Shown here one piece after another: positions 12,780 to 26,400 of a DNA stretch of 64,000 bases. Position numbers and translations under genes: made by a program. A model generated the notes under the pieces. It did no database searches, was not told where the DNA came from, and worked only from the letters and a program-made list of their open reading frames with translations. The stretch lies in assembly GCF_004010195.1 (NCBI RefSeq), contig NC_057719.1, positions 67,477,048 through 67,541,047 of the forward strand. The letters are read 5' to 3'. The DNA is from Chiloscyllium plagiosum (taxonomy: Eukaryota). Position 1 is the stretch's first letter, and each line of letters begins with the position of its first letter.

Positions 12780-14790
12780 CAGGAGAGAACAGTAAAGAAA
12801 TTCACTTATAAAATACATAACATTTGCATGATTAAGTTAATTAAATAAAATTGATAGCTGGGCAGGCAATGTGTTGCAGCTGCACTATGTGGAACTTGAA
12901 GGACACTGACTTAATTCATGTTGGCCAATTTGCCGCAGGTTTTGGCTGCTGAAGGAACTTGTGTTCTGAGTTGATGAGCTAGAGTCTGAGCTGAAGGCAG
13001 TATGAAACATCAGGGAGTGGGAGAGATTCCTGAACACTCTTTCAGGAAGCAGTCACATCCCTGAGATTAATTACATCAAATTTGGTCCATTGTTAGGTAT
13101 AGGAGATGTGTGACTGTGAGTGAGGTTACGTGTGAGGATCCAGACTCTACCTTTAGCTTCAACCAATCTTGTCCAATAGATCCAAGTTTCTTTCTCCCTG
13201 TGTTGACATGTGCACAGACTGCACAGACACCGTGGTACAGAGTGCCATTCGACTGGGGTGAATAAGAGAAATGCAGTAGTACTAGCAGTGACATGATTAG
13301 GAAAATAGCTACTCTCCCCGTAGCAAAGACAGAGTATTCCAAAGGCTGTGTTACCCATCCGCCAAGGTGTCTCATGATACCTATGATAGTCTGGAAGGGA
13401 ACTCGGAATGTGAGGGAAGGATCCAGCTGTTGTGATCCACACCGGTACCAATGATATAAATAGAACGAGGAAAGAGATTCTGCTGAGGAATCAGGAGCAA
13501 CAGGGGCTAAATTAAAAAGCAGGACCACAAAAGTAACAATTTCCTGTTTATTACCTGAGCCATGTGCAAATTAATGTAGGGCAAATAGATAGGGCAATAG
13601 GTGGCTCAAAGATTGGTGTGGGAGAAAAGACCAGTGATCAGCTGAATTGAATATAAAGTTTTAATTAATGGGGGGTTGGGGTGGAGGTTGGTGGTGCAAG
13701 GGATCATTAAAACAAAAGGTTGCAGAGTAATGGAGATGAATCAAAGAGTGACAGGAAGGGGCAGACAATGTACACAATGTAAGTGCAGCAGAAATTAAAA
13801 CTAGAGTAAGCAATTATAGCAAAATCTCAGACAGCTTCAGACTCTTTATCTGAATGCAAACAGCATTTGGAATAAGACAAATGAGTTGATGACGCAAATA
13901 GAAATAAACAAATATGCTTTGATAGGTATCTTGAAGATGTAGGTACAGGGCGACTAAGACTGGGAATTAAATATTCAAGGGTTTTTGATGTACCAGAAGC
14001 ATAGGCAAAATGGAAAGGAGGTGGGATAGCTATGCTAATCAAGGAAGATATCAGAGTGGTGGTAAAGAATGACATCAGTTGTAGTAGGTTGTGATGTGGA
14101 ATTAGTTCAGCTGGAAGTAAGCAATGGCAGAGAAAGAGGTCCCAACTAGGAGTTATCTCTAGGATCATGAAGATTCACTTCACTACAGGACAAAGTATAA
14201 AATGGGAAATAATAGAAGCAGGTTAAAAGGGCCCTGCAACTGTGATGAGTGATTTTAATCTACATACTGACTGGAAAAATCAGATGGGTAAGGAAAATAT
14301 AGAATACAAATTCATAGAGTGCATCAGGGATTGTTTCTTAGAGCAGTACATTGCACTACATACCCAGGAACAGGCCATTTTAGATCTAGTAATGTCGAAT
14401 TAGTTAGGATGAAAAAGAGATCTCATATTTAAGGATTCTCTTGGAGGTGTAGCAATCACAGCATGATAGACTTTCCAAGTCAGTTTGAAGGAGTACAACT
14501 CAAGTCTCAACCCGTGTCCTCAACTTAAATAAGGGCAATTATAGAGGTATAAGTTAAGGGTTATCTAAATCAGCTAGGAAACTAGACTGAAGGGAAGATT
14601 AGTGGTTGAGCAGGGGCAGTCATTCAAGCAGATAAATCAAAATGTTCAATAAAAGTTTAACCTGGTCAAAAAGGACTCAATGAAAAGGATAAACTAACTG
14701 TGGTTAACAAAGGCTGTCAAGGAGAGTATCCAATCAAAATCTAAAGTATGCAAATTCCAAAATACTAGTGGTCGATCAAAGGATTGGGAA
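12780..14790 (+). mobile_element. CR1 LINE 5' portion: decayed ORF1 (Cys-rich start, SGNH esterase) and ORF2 endonuclease
   Basis: ~13420-13455 translates DPAVVIHTGTNDI (SGNH esterase GxND block typical of CR1 ORF1); downstream KGGGIAMLIKEDI and DFNLHTDW APE-endonuclease-like motifs; frameshifts and stops. Confidence 0.8.
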
Positions 14791-14868
14791 TTTTTATTGG
14801 ATTCAAATTCTAATATCTGCTATAGTGGGAATTAACCCAAAAAATTACCTGGGTCTCTGGATTAATAG

Positions 14869-15066
14869 CTGACAATGTGGTGCTGGAAAAGCACAGCAGG
14901 TCAGGCAGCATCTGAGGAGCAGGAGAATCGACATTTCGGGCAAAAGCCTTTCATGAAGCTTTTGCCCGAAACGTTGATTCTCCTGCTCCTTGGATGCTGC
15001 CTGACCTGCTGTGCTTTCCAGCACCACACTCTTGACTCTAATCTCCAGCATCTGCAGTCCTCACTT
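14869..15066 (+). mobile_element. Miniature fold-back PLE terminal repeat with 15-bp TSD
   Basis: Arms about 14876-14953 and 14954-15028, axis ttca|tgaa; tctctggattaatag at 14854-14868 and 15067-15081. Confidence 0.9.
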
Positions 15067-15099
15067 TCTCTGGATTAATAGTCTAGTGATAATACCTCT

Positions 15100-15590
15100 A
15101 GATCTGTTCCACCACTGCACCTCCAAGATTGGAACCAGCAGCAAGTTTTGATGTTTATATCTATTCCACCATCCAAATGCTTTAAATATATCAAAACAAA
15201 GTGATCCCAGCAATGATCTAAGGGAACAGAACTGACATCACTCTTCAATCTGAAATACAACCATTTATCGTGATTCAACATTTCCTATCCTCAAGCAGTT
15301 CTTTTCTCTCAATACCAGCTGACACTGATTCTCCCATTCCATGAGCCTCAACTTTGTTAGCCAGCCTTTCATATGTTACTTTGTCAAATGCTTCCTCAAA
15401 ATCCTTTTGGACAATATCCACTGCATTTCCTCCTCAACCTCCTCTGTAAATTCAATTTGACTAGTCAAACACAATCTGGCCTTTAAAAGTCATGTTAATT
15501 CATCCTAATTAACTCAAACCTCTGCCATCACCTGTCAATTTTCCCCTTATTTTAGTCTCTAAAACCTCACCCATCACTGATGTCAAACTG
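15100..15590 (-). mobile_element. Degraded CR1 RT fragment
   Basis: Minus strand has SLTSVMGEVLETKIR and DFEEAFDKV-like motifs. Confidence 0.7.
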
Positions 15591-15622
15591 AATAGAATAG
15601 AATAGAATTGAATAGAATAGAA
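15591..15622 (+). repeat. (AATAG)n microsatellite
   Basis: aatagaatagaatagaattgaatagaatagaa. Confidence 0.9.
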
Positions 15623-17172
15623 ATATTTGTCCAAGTATACCAAATTAAATAGGACAGCCGTAGCAATCCCTCCAGGTTCAGCACACGCCAGCATGAGAAA
15701 CATTTTGGTTTACATGTGAAACATTTTTTGATGGAATGAGCTGTAACCTCCTACCGTGCACATATTTCCAATAGGTAAATGAGACTTTGTGATTTTTGAA
15801 TCTGCAGCTGCTTGTAAATATTTCTTAACACATTGTAAAACAGATAAAAGCACGGGCTAATTAGGTATAGATTTGTGGAAAATCCCCTTCCGATTCCATT
15901 TAGAAGATCTAAACTAGACCATGTGATATCATTGATTTATATTCCAAGGTACCCAGCTCTTGTCAATGGTGATCTTCACCCCATTCAGAAACAGGACCTG
16001 CTTTCTCATGAACAGAAAGAACTTATATTTAGACAGCACTTTTAACACAATGACATGTTCCAAGTTACTTGAAAGCAAAGTTTTCAAAATAATTGCGATC
16101 AAGGCTCCTAAGAACATAAAAGATCAGAGGGTCAAAGCTTGGGCAGTTAGGTAGGTTTCTAAGCTGTGTCTTAAAACAGGAAAACAAATGAGGTATGCAG
16201 TAACTTCCAGAGTTTAGGGCCCAGGAAAGTGAAGGCACAGCTTCCAGCAGAGGTGGGTCAACATTTAAAGCAAGAAGCAGCAATCAGTTCGACAGGATCA
16301 TTATTCACAGGAATTGGAGAAGTAGCCTAACATCCAGCCAATGTACGTTCTTATTTAACTACAAACCGTCCCCCAAACAACAAAAGGACAGTCATCCCGC
16401 GATAAATGCACACACCTCATCTAACCAGGATAAACGGTTGGAACAAAGAAAGCTTAGAGACTAAAAACTTTTAACCTTATATTACGAAACTAAGTATCAA
16501 CCCATTTATAATAATTAGTTGTTAGCCTGATATTTAAAAGAAGTACAAATAGAATTACCATAACTAATAGGGTCTAGCAGGATTGAGCAAAGCTTCTTGA
16601 ATGTTTATACAATGCCATCTATATTTATTTTCCAGCATATTGTAAGAGTATCCTACTTTCTTCCTAATGATATTTACCCTTTGAAAAATAATGCAAGAAC
16701 ATTAATGGTCTTCTAATGATATTCTCTTCAGTCTTGTGTTTCCTGTGCTCAATACTAAACAGCTTTAAATTATGGCAACATAGGGTCTAATTTTGCATAA
16801 TGTTTATGAGACTCAAACATACTGAAGATTTCAATAAAAGCACTGTTTGAAAGTTTTTGTAAATGATTTGAAATCTGTAAACTGCTCTTTATTACTTATA
16901 GAATATATCACTGCAAATGGTGTAACTTAATCCACAAAAATTTATTTTCAATGAGAAAAACATAAAAATAGGTAAGAAGCATCAGACAACAATGCAACAT
17001 AAGCAATAAAAATCAGATTTGCACAGGCATATACAGTCGGAGTTTGTATTGGTACGGTTCTATGTCCAGATTTAACTCTTCAGTTGTTCTATTTGGTGTT
17101 ATCCTTGCCAATTTTGGGGTCCCTTAAGAGGCAGGGTGGAGCATAAAGGAAGCCTGTCAGAAAGGCAAAGGC

Positions 17173-17400
17173 AATATACCAACCACTACAGCGGACAGCT
17201 GAAACTGACAACCGGAAGCGGCAGGGACAGACCACTATAAACATCGGAGGAAACATCAAAGAAGTGCTTCGCAGGAGGCTCCCAAGCACTGATGATGTCG
17301 CCTAGCTAGGGGACGAAACGTTTGCAACAAAAACTTCCAGCTCGGCGAACAGAACCACAACAACGAGTACCCGAGCTACAAATCTTCGCACAAACTTTGA
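17173..17400 (+). mobile_element. Young, CpG-retaining PLE 3' terminal fragment (second PLE family)
   Basis: CpG-rich island in AT-rich surroundings; contains an intact minimal hammerhead core; interrupts CR1 sequence. Confidence 0.7.
17286..17325 (+). ncRNA. Minimal type I hammerhead ribozyme motif
   Basis: GCA-CTGATGA-T-GTCgcctagctagggGAC-GAAAC-GTT-TGC: both conserved core boxes, a stem II, an NUH triplet and a 3-bp stem I. Confidence 0.7.
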
Positions 17401-19189
17401 GCAAAGTGATAATCGTGGAAAGTTTTAATCTATATACAGACTGCAAAAGTCAAATGGGCAAAGGTAGCTTAGATCAGATCTTCTAAGAATATTTTCAGGA
17501 CACTTTCTTTGAACAGCACGTTCTGCAGCTAATCAGTAACCAGAGCTGGTATAATGCAATGAGATAGGATTGATTAATGGTATCATAATAAGGAAGATAT
17601 AGATAGATTCTTGTACCAGGGAGTTGAAAGATTATTGGGGTATGCAGGAAAGTAATATTGAGATCAAAACCAGATCAGCGATTACCTGACTGAGCAGACT
17701 CAAAGAGTGAGTGGCCTGTTCTTGTTCATAAGCAATCCTAGGGAGCAGCGATCACAACATGATTAATTTTACACTTAATTTGAGGGAGAAAGCAGAGTGA
17801 GTCTGTGACTTCTAAAAACAATCTAAGGGTAATTACAAGGGCATGAAAGTGGAGCTGGAACATTATGTTTAAGGATAGGTCGACAGAAATTCTGCAGAAT
17901 TTCAGGAGTTATTCCAGAATACATAAGTACATATATTCAAAAAAGTAAGAAACATTCCAGCAAACAATCCCACAACCCATTGTTGACTAGAAATCTTAAA
18001 CTTAAAAGAAAAAGCATCCAATTGTGCAAAGACAGGTCGCAGGTCAAAAGATTGGATGGAATTTTTAAAAATAAAGAAAAACCAAAAAAATTAATAAGAT
18101 AGGAACAATTAGCACACAACAGAAAGCTAGTCAGATACCTCAAAACAAACAGTAAGAGATTCTAGAAATATGTTTTTCAAAAATAGTTAAGGAAGTGAGT
18201 ATTGAATCTACGAAAATGAGTGTGAAGAATTAATAAGGGAAAATTTAAGGAAATTGCAGATGAATTCAACAGATATTTTACATCGGTTTTCATGATAGTT
18301 GATGGAAGTAACTTTGCAGGAACAGCAATAAATCAGGAAATAGAAGGGAAGGGGAGGTAGCGGTGAAAGGTTAGCATGTGTAGGTGGGAATGCAGATTTG
18401 AGATTACAATCAAAGCGACCGTAATCTTAGTGCATAGTGGAGCCGGCTCGAGCGCCTCTTCCTCATCCTGAGATTGACCTGAGAAATGATAATAGCATTG
18501 CTGCTGTCAGATCCATGGGCCCACATCTCTTGCACTGCCCCCTCATGTCCTTCTTCTCATTGACTGACCCACTTCCTCATAGATGATACCCACATTAGGT
18601 GGGCACTGCCAGTCTGAAGAGCCACTCTATCAGATGTTTCCTTCAAATGTTACACTGCAATCCCTTTTATTACACCCATGTGCCAACAGCCAAATGGCAC
18701 TATGGAGGATTGACTCCCAAGGTTTGACATTTGCACTCACCAACGCCCTCACTTCATGATGCATATCTCTCTGACTCTGCCGTGCAAGACTTCCTGTGAA
18801 GGTTTCACCTTATAGTGACCAATGTAGCAGCCTCTTTGTTGTCACATTCATCCATCTCTGATGCCCCATTGACCTTCAGTCCCAAACACTAGCCACAAAA
18901 TTCAAACACGTTTGTAAATACCACTCATTTCCAACTTTAATTAATTTAGCTAATTCTCAATTTTTCCAAAGCAGTGTGCCATCGATATTTCACTTGCCAT
19001 CCTCACCTGTAAAATTTGGACTCAATCAATGACATGACATCACCGTTACCCCATGCGATTTTTCGTATCACCATCTCATCACCTCCAGGTTATCCCTAAA
19101 GTAAACAGAAAATCTTGTCTTGGTCACCCACCTGAAGCTTTCCTCATCTGAAGGCACTGCAAATTCTGGTCATAAAGATCCCTTAGATT

Positions 19190-19780
19190 GGTACCTATGG
19201 AGCTTAGAATGGTACCTAGGCTTCAGCAGAATTATACCTGACTTTCAGTTATGAGGAGAGATTGTACAAATTAGGCCTGTTTTCCATAGAATTTAGAAGG
19301 TTAAGGAGTTCAAGATATTAACAGGAAAAAAGAGGGGGTGGATAAAGATAAACTGTTTCCACTGGTTGGAGATTCTAGAACTAAGGGATATAGAAACATA
19401 GACAATCAGTGCAGGAGTAGACCATTCGGCCCTTTGAGCCTGCACCACTATTCAATAAGATCATTGGCTGATCAAGCAATTTCAGCATCCCACTACCACT
19501 TTTTCCCCAGAATTAGGGTTGGACCATTCAAGAGAGATGTTAGGAAGCACTTCTACACACAAAGGGTAGTAAATGATTGGAACACCCTTCCACAAACAGT
19601 AGTTGATGATAGAATAGTTGTTTGTTTTAAATCTGAGATAGTTTTTTTTTATAAAGCCAAGGTATTAAGGGATAATGGGAGAAAGGCAGGTATATGAAGT
19701 TAGGCCACAGGTCAGACATGATCTCATTAAATGGTGGAATAGGCTTAAAAGGCTGAATGGCCTACTCCCATTCCTGTGTT
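19190..19780 (+). mobile_element. CR1 3' end fragment with an inverted LINE-tail piece inserted at ~19390-19510
   Basis: ORF 19338-19697 DKLFPLVGDSRTKG...FKRDVRKHFYTQRVVNDWNTLP. Confidence 0.85.
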
Positions 19781-20383
19781 TAACATGTAGTGACTTTGAG
19801 ATAGAATACAGACATACTCTTTTATCAAGACATGTAGGATACATTGCAGTTTGTTTCAAAGGACACACCAGGTTAGCCATTAACTTTGCACCAATACCAG
19901 TTTTTACACAGGGGTGAATCTTTTAAATTCACTATGATTGAAATATCAAAGGTTCATGATATAAAGCTCTTTCGAGGAACATTCACACTGGGTTTACACC
20001 AACATGATGCACCATACAAATAATTAAAAACACACACCTTTGTCTCCATAGCTTTGTGACTCATCTATCTTGCTGACTAATCTCAAAGTATTACAAAATC
20101 TATTGCAATAGAATCATGTTTTTCGTGATGTAGAAAATGTAGTTAAATACATTTTACTATAATAATTGTTTTATGCCAGAGAATAATTTAGTTCGGTTCT
20201 ATTTCTTTATTCTTTATGTTATGTAAAATTAAAATAAAAAGAACACAAGTATGAATAAAAAAGTTTATAAATGAATTACATTTTTTTGAAAAGTAAACAG
20301 ATTTGGAGGAAACTGTTTACCAATATCATCCCGGACACATCATTATTGTCTGTATTTGAACAATAATAAATATAGACAATTAC

Positions 20384-20657
20384 TTGGATGGGAGTGAGAA
20401 GGTGGTGATGTCACTGATGTGATAGAGCATGCCACAGTTTTCTTACACTTGCAAAATGAAAATTCACCAGCAACCCATATTGTATATGCACATGTGTAGG
20501 TTTTAGGCTTTAGAACTCTGGATTTAACCCATTTGCTGTAAGTGTTTGGACCACTTGTCAACACTAACTATCCAGTTTCAGTTATAAAGGAGAGGGTGAA
20601 ACATGGGCAACGTACTGCCGGAGTGCTAGTCAGGTAAATGCCACCTGTTTGAGTCAC
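20384..20657 (-). other. Candidate exon of minus-strand host gene (mostly 5'UTR; possible ATG at 20430 giving MLYHISDITTFSLPS, phase-2 end)
   Basis: Acceptor tttatttctgtttctcatccttttcacttcaag|GTG and donor CAA|gtaatt; in unique non-repeat sequence. Confidence 0.4.
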
Positions 20658-20961
20658 CTTGAAGTGAAAAGGATGAGAAACAGAAATAAAATGTCTTAGG
20701 GACAACAGAAAATAAGGAAAAAATGCATTGGAATCATAAATGATTAAAAGAACTAAATAAGGAATCATGATCTATGAGAAACAAGCACACAGCAAAATTA
20801 TCTTCTATATTTCAGAATCTGCTACAGAATCTCACACCACTTCAAATTCCTGTTGCCCCTTGTCTTTTCAACTCAATCTTGTCAGGAAATTAGACACTAA
20901 CCCAAATACACTGCCCTCTCATTAGAGCACAGATTTTAGATTTTGCACATTTTAACAAGTT

Positions 20962-22378
20962 TGGAGACAGTAAGGACTGCAAATGCTGGAACCAAGAGTC
21001 AATAGATGTGAAGCTGGAAAAGCACAGCAGGTCAGACAGCATCCAAGGAGCAGGAAAGTCAATGGTTTGGGCTGAAACTCTTCATCATGACTAGGGAGGG
21101 GAGGGGTGCCCAGAAGTATATAGAGGGAGGAGCATGGGCTGGGGGAAGAGTGGGTGGGATGATGTTGGATGGATGCTGGTCAAGAGTTATTGTATCAGTG
21201 GCAGGGGTGTAGCAGATAGGTGAGTAGGAAGCTGGGCAGGTAAGGTCAGGTCAGGGAGGCGAGGAGGAGGGGTGGGGCTGGTCATGGGATAAGGCTGGGG
21301 AGGAAAGATTTTGAAGCCGGTGAAGTTGATGTTGAGGCCATTGGGCTGTATGCTTCCCAGATGAAGTATAAGGTGTTGTTCCTTCAGTTTCCATTTAGCC
21401 TCACTGTGGCAATGGAGGACGCCAAGGATGGACATGTCACCGGGGGAGTGGGAGAGGGCATTAAAGTATATGGCAACTGGAAGATCGGGTCTGTTAATGC
21501 ATGCAGAGCATAGATGCTCCGCGAACCGGTCCCCTGAAATAGAGGAGACCACACCAGGAGGAACGAATGCAATAGCTGAGGTTGGATGAAGTGCAGGTGA
21601 ATCTCTGTCAGATGTAGAAGGATTGTTTAAGGCCTTGGGCAGAGGTGAGAGGGGAAGTGTGGGGGCAGGTGTTGAACTTCTTGCAGTTACGGGGAAAGGT
21701 ACCAGGTGTGGTGGGGAGGTTGTGGTGAGTATAGAGTGGACGAGGGAGTTGCGGAGTGAACGGTGGACAGGGATGGGGAAGGAAATATGTTTTTGGTTGT
21801 GGGGTCTGATTGTTGGTGGCAGAAGTGTCGGAGGATAATACATTGGATTTGAAGGTTGTTGGGGTGGTATGTGAAGACTAAGCGAACTCTATCCTTATTG
21901 TTGTTAGGGGGTGGTTTGAGGGTAGAAGTGCAAGAGATGAGGGAGATGCAGTTGAGGGCATCCTTAATTACTGAGGAGGGAAAACTGCTATCCCAAAGTA
22001 GGAGGATATTTGGAATGTCCTGGACTGGAATGTCTCATCCTGGGAACAGATGTAGCGGAAGTGGAGGAATTGGGAGTATGAGATAACATTTTTGCAGGAA
22101 GGTGGGTGAGGGGAGGTGCAGTTGAGGTAGTTGTGGGAGTCATGGGTTTGAAATGGATATCAGTGGTGAGTCGATTTCCAGAGATGGAGATGGAAAGGTT
22201 CAGGAAGCAGAGGGAGGCATCAGAAATGGTCTAGGTGAATTTGAGGGCAGGGTGGAAGGTGTTGGCAAAGTTGATGAACTGCTCGAGCTCAACTGGGAGC
22301 ATGAGGCAGTACTGATGCAGTCATTAATATAACGGATGAAGAGATGAGGGATGGTGCTGATGTAGTTGTGGAAGAGGT
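20962..22378 (-). mobile_element. Penelope-like element, 5'-truncated (RT C-part, GIY-YIG endonuclease, terminal repeat)
   Basis: Minus ORFs give LFIRYINDC (YxDD-like) and GDRFAEHL...PVAIYFN...KLKEQHLILHLGSIQPNGLNINF (PLE GIY-YIG C-terminus); terminal repeat at 20962-21095. Confidence 0.9.
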
Positions 22379-22669
22379 TAACAATGCGTATTCTATTGTG
22401 ACTGTCACCTAACATAGCAGCAATGTTGAGTATATGGTTCACTAGCTTTACATTACAAATAAAATCTGAGTGTCTTATAACAAAGATGAACTGTACCATG
22501 AAAAATACTATTGGATTCATAAAGTATTTCAAAGGAAATTTGTGGAGCATTTTGTTTCTTAGCTGATAGTGGAGTTTTGGATTCTGTGGTCAGAATATTG
22601 TAGAGGAAACTCAAGTATCTCTTGGTAGCCAACTAGCTTGATAGTTTGTATCCTTTAGAGAAGGCCCAC

Positions 22670-22880
22670 TGAACCATCACATCCCACTTTAATCTATCTA
22701 TCACATTCCCAGCTACCTTCCCCCACCATCACCACCACCCACAGCCCCACGCCCCCTCCCATTTATCTCTCAGCCCCCTTGGGCCCCCCACCTTCCAGAT
22801 GAAGAGCTTATGCTAGAAATATCGTTTCTTCTGCTCCGTAGATGCTGCCTGATCAGCTGTGCTTTTCCAGCACACCTTTT
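22670..22880 (+). mobile_element. PLE terminal-repeat fragment, opposite orientation to 20962-22378
   Basis: C-rich tract, then ccagatgaagagcttatgctagaaatatcg...gatgctgcctgatcagctgtgcttttccagc. Confidence 0.8.
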
Positions 22881-23233
22881 GCCACCAAACCAAAACCCAA
22901 TCAAACAGTTGAGAGGTCCCTATTGGGTCTTTCCACGGACCAGAATCCTGGGGGTTGGGGCAGTGAAGTCCTGCCTGCCTAGTGCTGCCAGCCAATCAGA
23001 GACTGGCAACTCTTTGCTCAGCAGCGCCAGCTAGGAGTTGGTGGCTACTGCCAGAATGATACCCACTGGAGGTCCAGGATCACAAAGTGACCTGGGCCAA
23101 ATATAAGTAATGGTGAGAGGGGCTTTGCTGGGTGAGGTTGTGGCAAAGCGGTTGGAGGAAGGTTAAGTGCATCAGCAGCTAAAGACATCAGCCAACTACC
23201 CTCTTCCCAATGCGAGATTCCTCAGCCAGGCCT

Positions 23234-23467
23234 AGTGGTTGGAATGTGGTTGGCCAGGTGGATCTCACTGAGTATGAGTTTCCTGAGTGGGGCTGTTAAT
23301 CTGGGCCAATCAGGGAGTCCTGGCTTATGGACATAATCAGAAATCTCAGAGATCCACCTGACTCTAGGGACTGGTTCTGAGCTAGCCGGTCAGAGTCCAT
23401 GTACTATGCTCATGTAAATTTATTGGTGGACTTGGTGTCGGCATACTGACCTTTACAGAGTCCCTTC
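23234..23467 (+). mobile_element. Probable short solo LTR inside an older repeat (~22900-23700)
   Basis: CCAAT (gggccaatcaggg), decayed TATA/polyA-like segments and ...ttca end; family recognised by eye only. Confidence 0.45.
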
Positions 23468-26400
23468 ACTGGGAGTTGAAGAATAGCCCACACAGGTTAT
23501 TTGTTCTATTCACTGGATGGTGGCCAGCCCTCCCACAGTTGGGTTAATACCAGAAGCCTTTCAGTCATTAATTGTCTACTGAACAGCCTCACTAGGTGCC
23601 ATTATTGCAAGTATGACCATGGGCCTTCCCAGACCAAATATAATTAGCATGGAGGTGGAAAGCAGGCCAGATTCCCATTCAGAATCGTCCTGCCTGATTA
23701 AATATCCATTTTTCTGACAGTGTTTTAAACATTTATGCCTGTGAGATTAGCATATTATTCTTTTAACTGATCCAGACTATACTAATCCAACCCCATTGGC
23801 TTAAAAGAAAATCAAGCAAATTAAATGTGAAAATAATGTGTTCTAATAGAGAATGTGATCTGTATTTGGTGGATTTTAAAACATTTTTAAAACAAATGGA
23901 CGATTTACATTGAAAAGGCAGTGAAATTAATGTTGGGCTAAACTTTATCGCTATGGAAGTGTGTATTCTTTTCCAAACATCTTGAAAATATTATTAGAAA
24001 TGATTTAATGATATCCTCTGACATAAAGGTTAATAGACGTCCCTTTAGAACAGGACACCACTAAAGCACTAAGCACCTCCCCAAAGGACGATCCCTGGAT
24101 TAGAAGGGTTAGAAGTGAGAATCCACCCAGATTGAGAAGTTGATACTTGTAAGTATTTTTTTTTAATCATTGCAATACATTCTTAGAAAACAAAAACTTG
24201 GAAACAGCATATTAAAAAATTTCAAATGACTTATTGTGTTACAGCTAAATGCAATTGTTTGGCAAAGTCATGCCACCGGATATATTTCAAAACCATAGGA
24301 CTGCTCATTCAAGAGCCAGTTATTTACTGAATAAACCAGTTATGGCAGCACATGACAATACAGAATAAAGAGATAGATTTTCAGGAAGTTCTGTAATGTC
24401 AAAAATGGTTTATATCTTCCAATCAATAGTAAGTCATACAGAGCTAATTCAAAATAATGTCTTAGTAACAACAGCTTAAATGGCTGGAGACCCCATTGAA
24501 AACTAATTTGCTAAGTTAAATCAGGAAGCTTTGCAGTCAGCAGACTCCACTATCTACAAATGATGGGAGAAGTGTAGTAACTGGACAAAGGCTGTGCATA
24601 CAGAGGTTTAACAAATCCCTTCTTTATGAAAACAGCTCAAAGAGTTCATGAGGTAATCAGCTTTAGTACATTCAACTGAGTCCACTTGCTCCTTTACAGG
24701 ACAGATCTACAGATGGACAATCTGAATCGTCAGAAGCCTGACCTCCATCTCTTAATTCAGAGTCTTTAGCATAAGCACGGTTTGTATTCCTGGCTCTGTC
24801 TGACACTTCGGATCAGGTCATGCAGAATACATCAGAAGGTTTAGAGGAAAGAAGGTAATAACAAAGTTCTCCAGTCAAAAGCTGCTGATGGTTTATCGGA
24901 ACACGTGCCTACGTGTGATATAGTCCAATGTGTAGATCCAAAGAGGAGGTCCCCTCAGTCGAAGGTGTTAGGTTTAACCTCAAAATTTTGTCAAGAGTGT
25001 GACAGCATGTAAATTTTAACATACAGCAGGGGTCAATGAACTCTGATTGAACAGTCAGGAGCACACAAGGATCATTTCAACAGCTTTTTGGTGAATATGG
25101 AAAGAGCATCTCATTTTACCTGCTCTGCTAAGTTTCTAAATCAGAACATAGCAGGCTGTCAGTTACTTTAGATGATCTTCCTAGAACTACAGTGAATGAA
25201 AAGTCACCTAAAATCAAAAACAGAAAATGCTGAAAACTCTCAACAGGTCAGGAAAATACAGAGTCATTTGGCAGGATTTTCATAGAGGCTTTGGGACCAC
25301 GATGTCAGGACTAAAAAGGGACCGCCAAGCGAGGAACACTGCAGGGAGTGAGACCAGTGGGGCTGCTCTTATTAAAATTCAAATTGTGGATCACCAGTGT
25401 CACTAGCTGAGGCCAGCATTTATTGCCCATCACTAATTGCCCTTGAGAAGGTATTGGTGAGCTGCCATCTTGAACTACTGCAATCCAGCATGTAAAGGTC
25501 ACTGGGTGGGTTCCCAATGTTGCTAGTTCAATCACACGTCTGTCAATTTTACAACCTGGCTTAACTCCACGAAAAAGGTGGACATTGCTGAAGCATGTCA
25601 GAGATTGGAAGGGCACCTCAAAATGGTGGCATAAAAATAATGCAATATTACAGGGGACATGATGGCCAACTCCTTCAATCCAAGGAAGCAATATCACTGA
25701 TTTGAATGTAATATATTGATCTCAGTTGATGCTATTGCTGGACAACTTAGATCCCAGGCTTAAAACCCAGCTGAATAAATCATTTGTTTTATTCGCTTTA
25801 ACAAATTGGTCCCTCACTGAAATGTAAGTGCACAACATTGCAGATTTTGATAATAAACAATAAGTTTATTATGCAAAAGAAGTGAAGACAAAACAGAAGA
25901 AACCAAAATATTTAAATATAATGTATGCTCAAAGATTTCAAAGCATGCAGTAAAAATATAATCGAATTAATGCCACAATATTCATTTATTTCCTGTAGAC
26001 TAATTTAACTGTGACTTCAACTACAATCTGGAGAATCTGTTAGCCTCAATTTGGAGCCTTCATACACCTGAGCTGAAACTTTCTTAGCTTCAAATAATCC
26101 CTTCAGGGTTTTATACTTCAACCCTTCTGGAACTATCACTAAATTCTTTATTTCTGAGGTAGTTATTTTTCTTCAACAAATCAAAACTATCTTCTCTTAT
26201 TCTCAGCTGCAATTGCTTTACACATTCACCTTCAGTTAACAATCCTGCAGTACTACCTCAAACAAAAACTAAAACGGAAACTCAAAACCACAAGTGCTTC
26301 ACCCACCTCTTTCCCCCCAACTCTACCTCCCAAAATGATAACATAAAGTCCATTGTCTTCCATCAGAAATCCTTATGTACTACAAGGTATACTTTGTTCC

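Larger units (their letters stand above)
17100..18450 (+). mobile_element. Patchwork of decayed CR1 endonuclease/ORF2 and 3' fragments (hosts the PLE fragment at 17173-17400)
   Basis: Similar to the 14200-14790 CR1 segment (ttttaatctatatacagactg...gggcaaaggtagc; agcagcgatcacaacatgatt; aagggtaattacaagggcatg). Confidence 0.65.

Noticed and set aside
13071..13528. 126-aa and 150-aa minus-strand ORFs
   Set aside because: Antisense shadows of decayed CR1 ORF1
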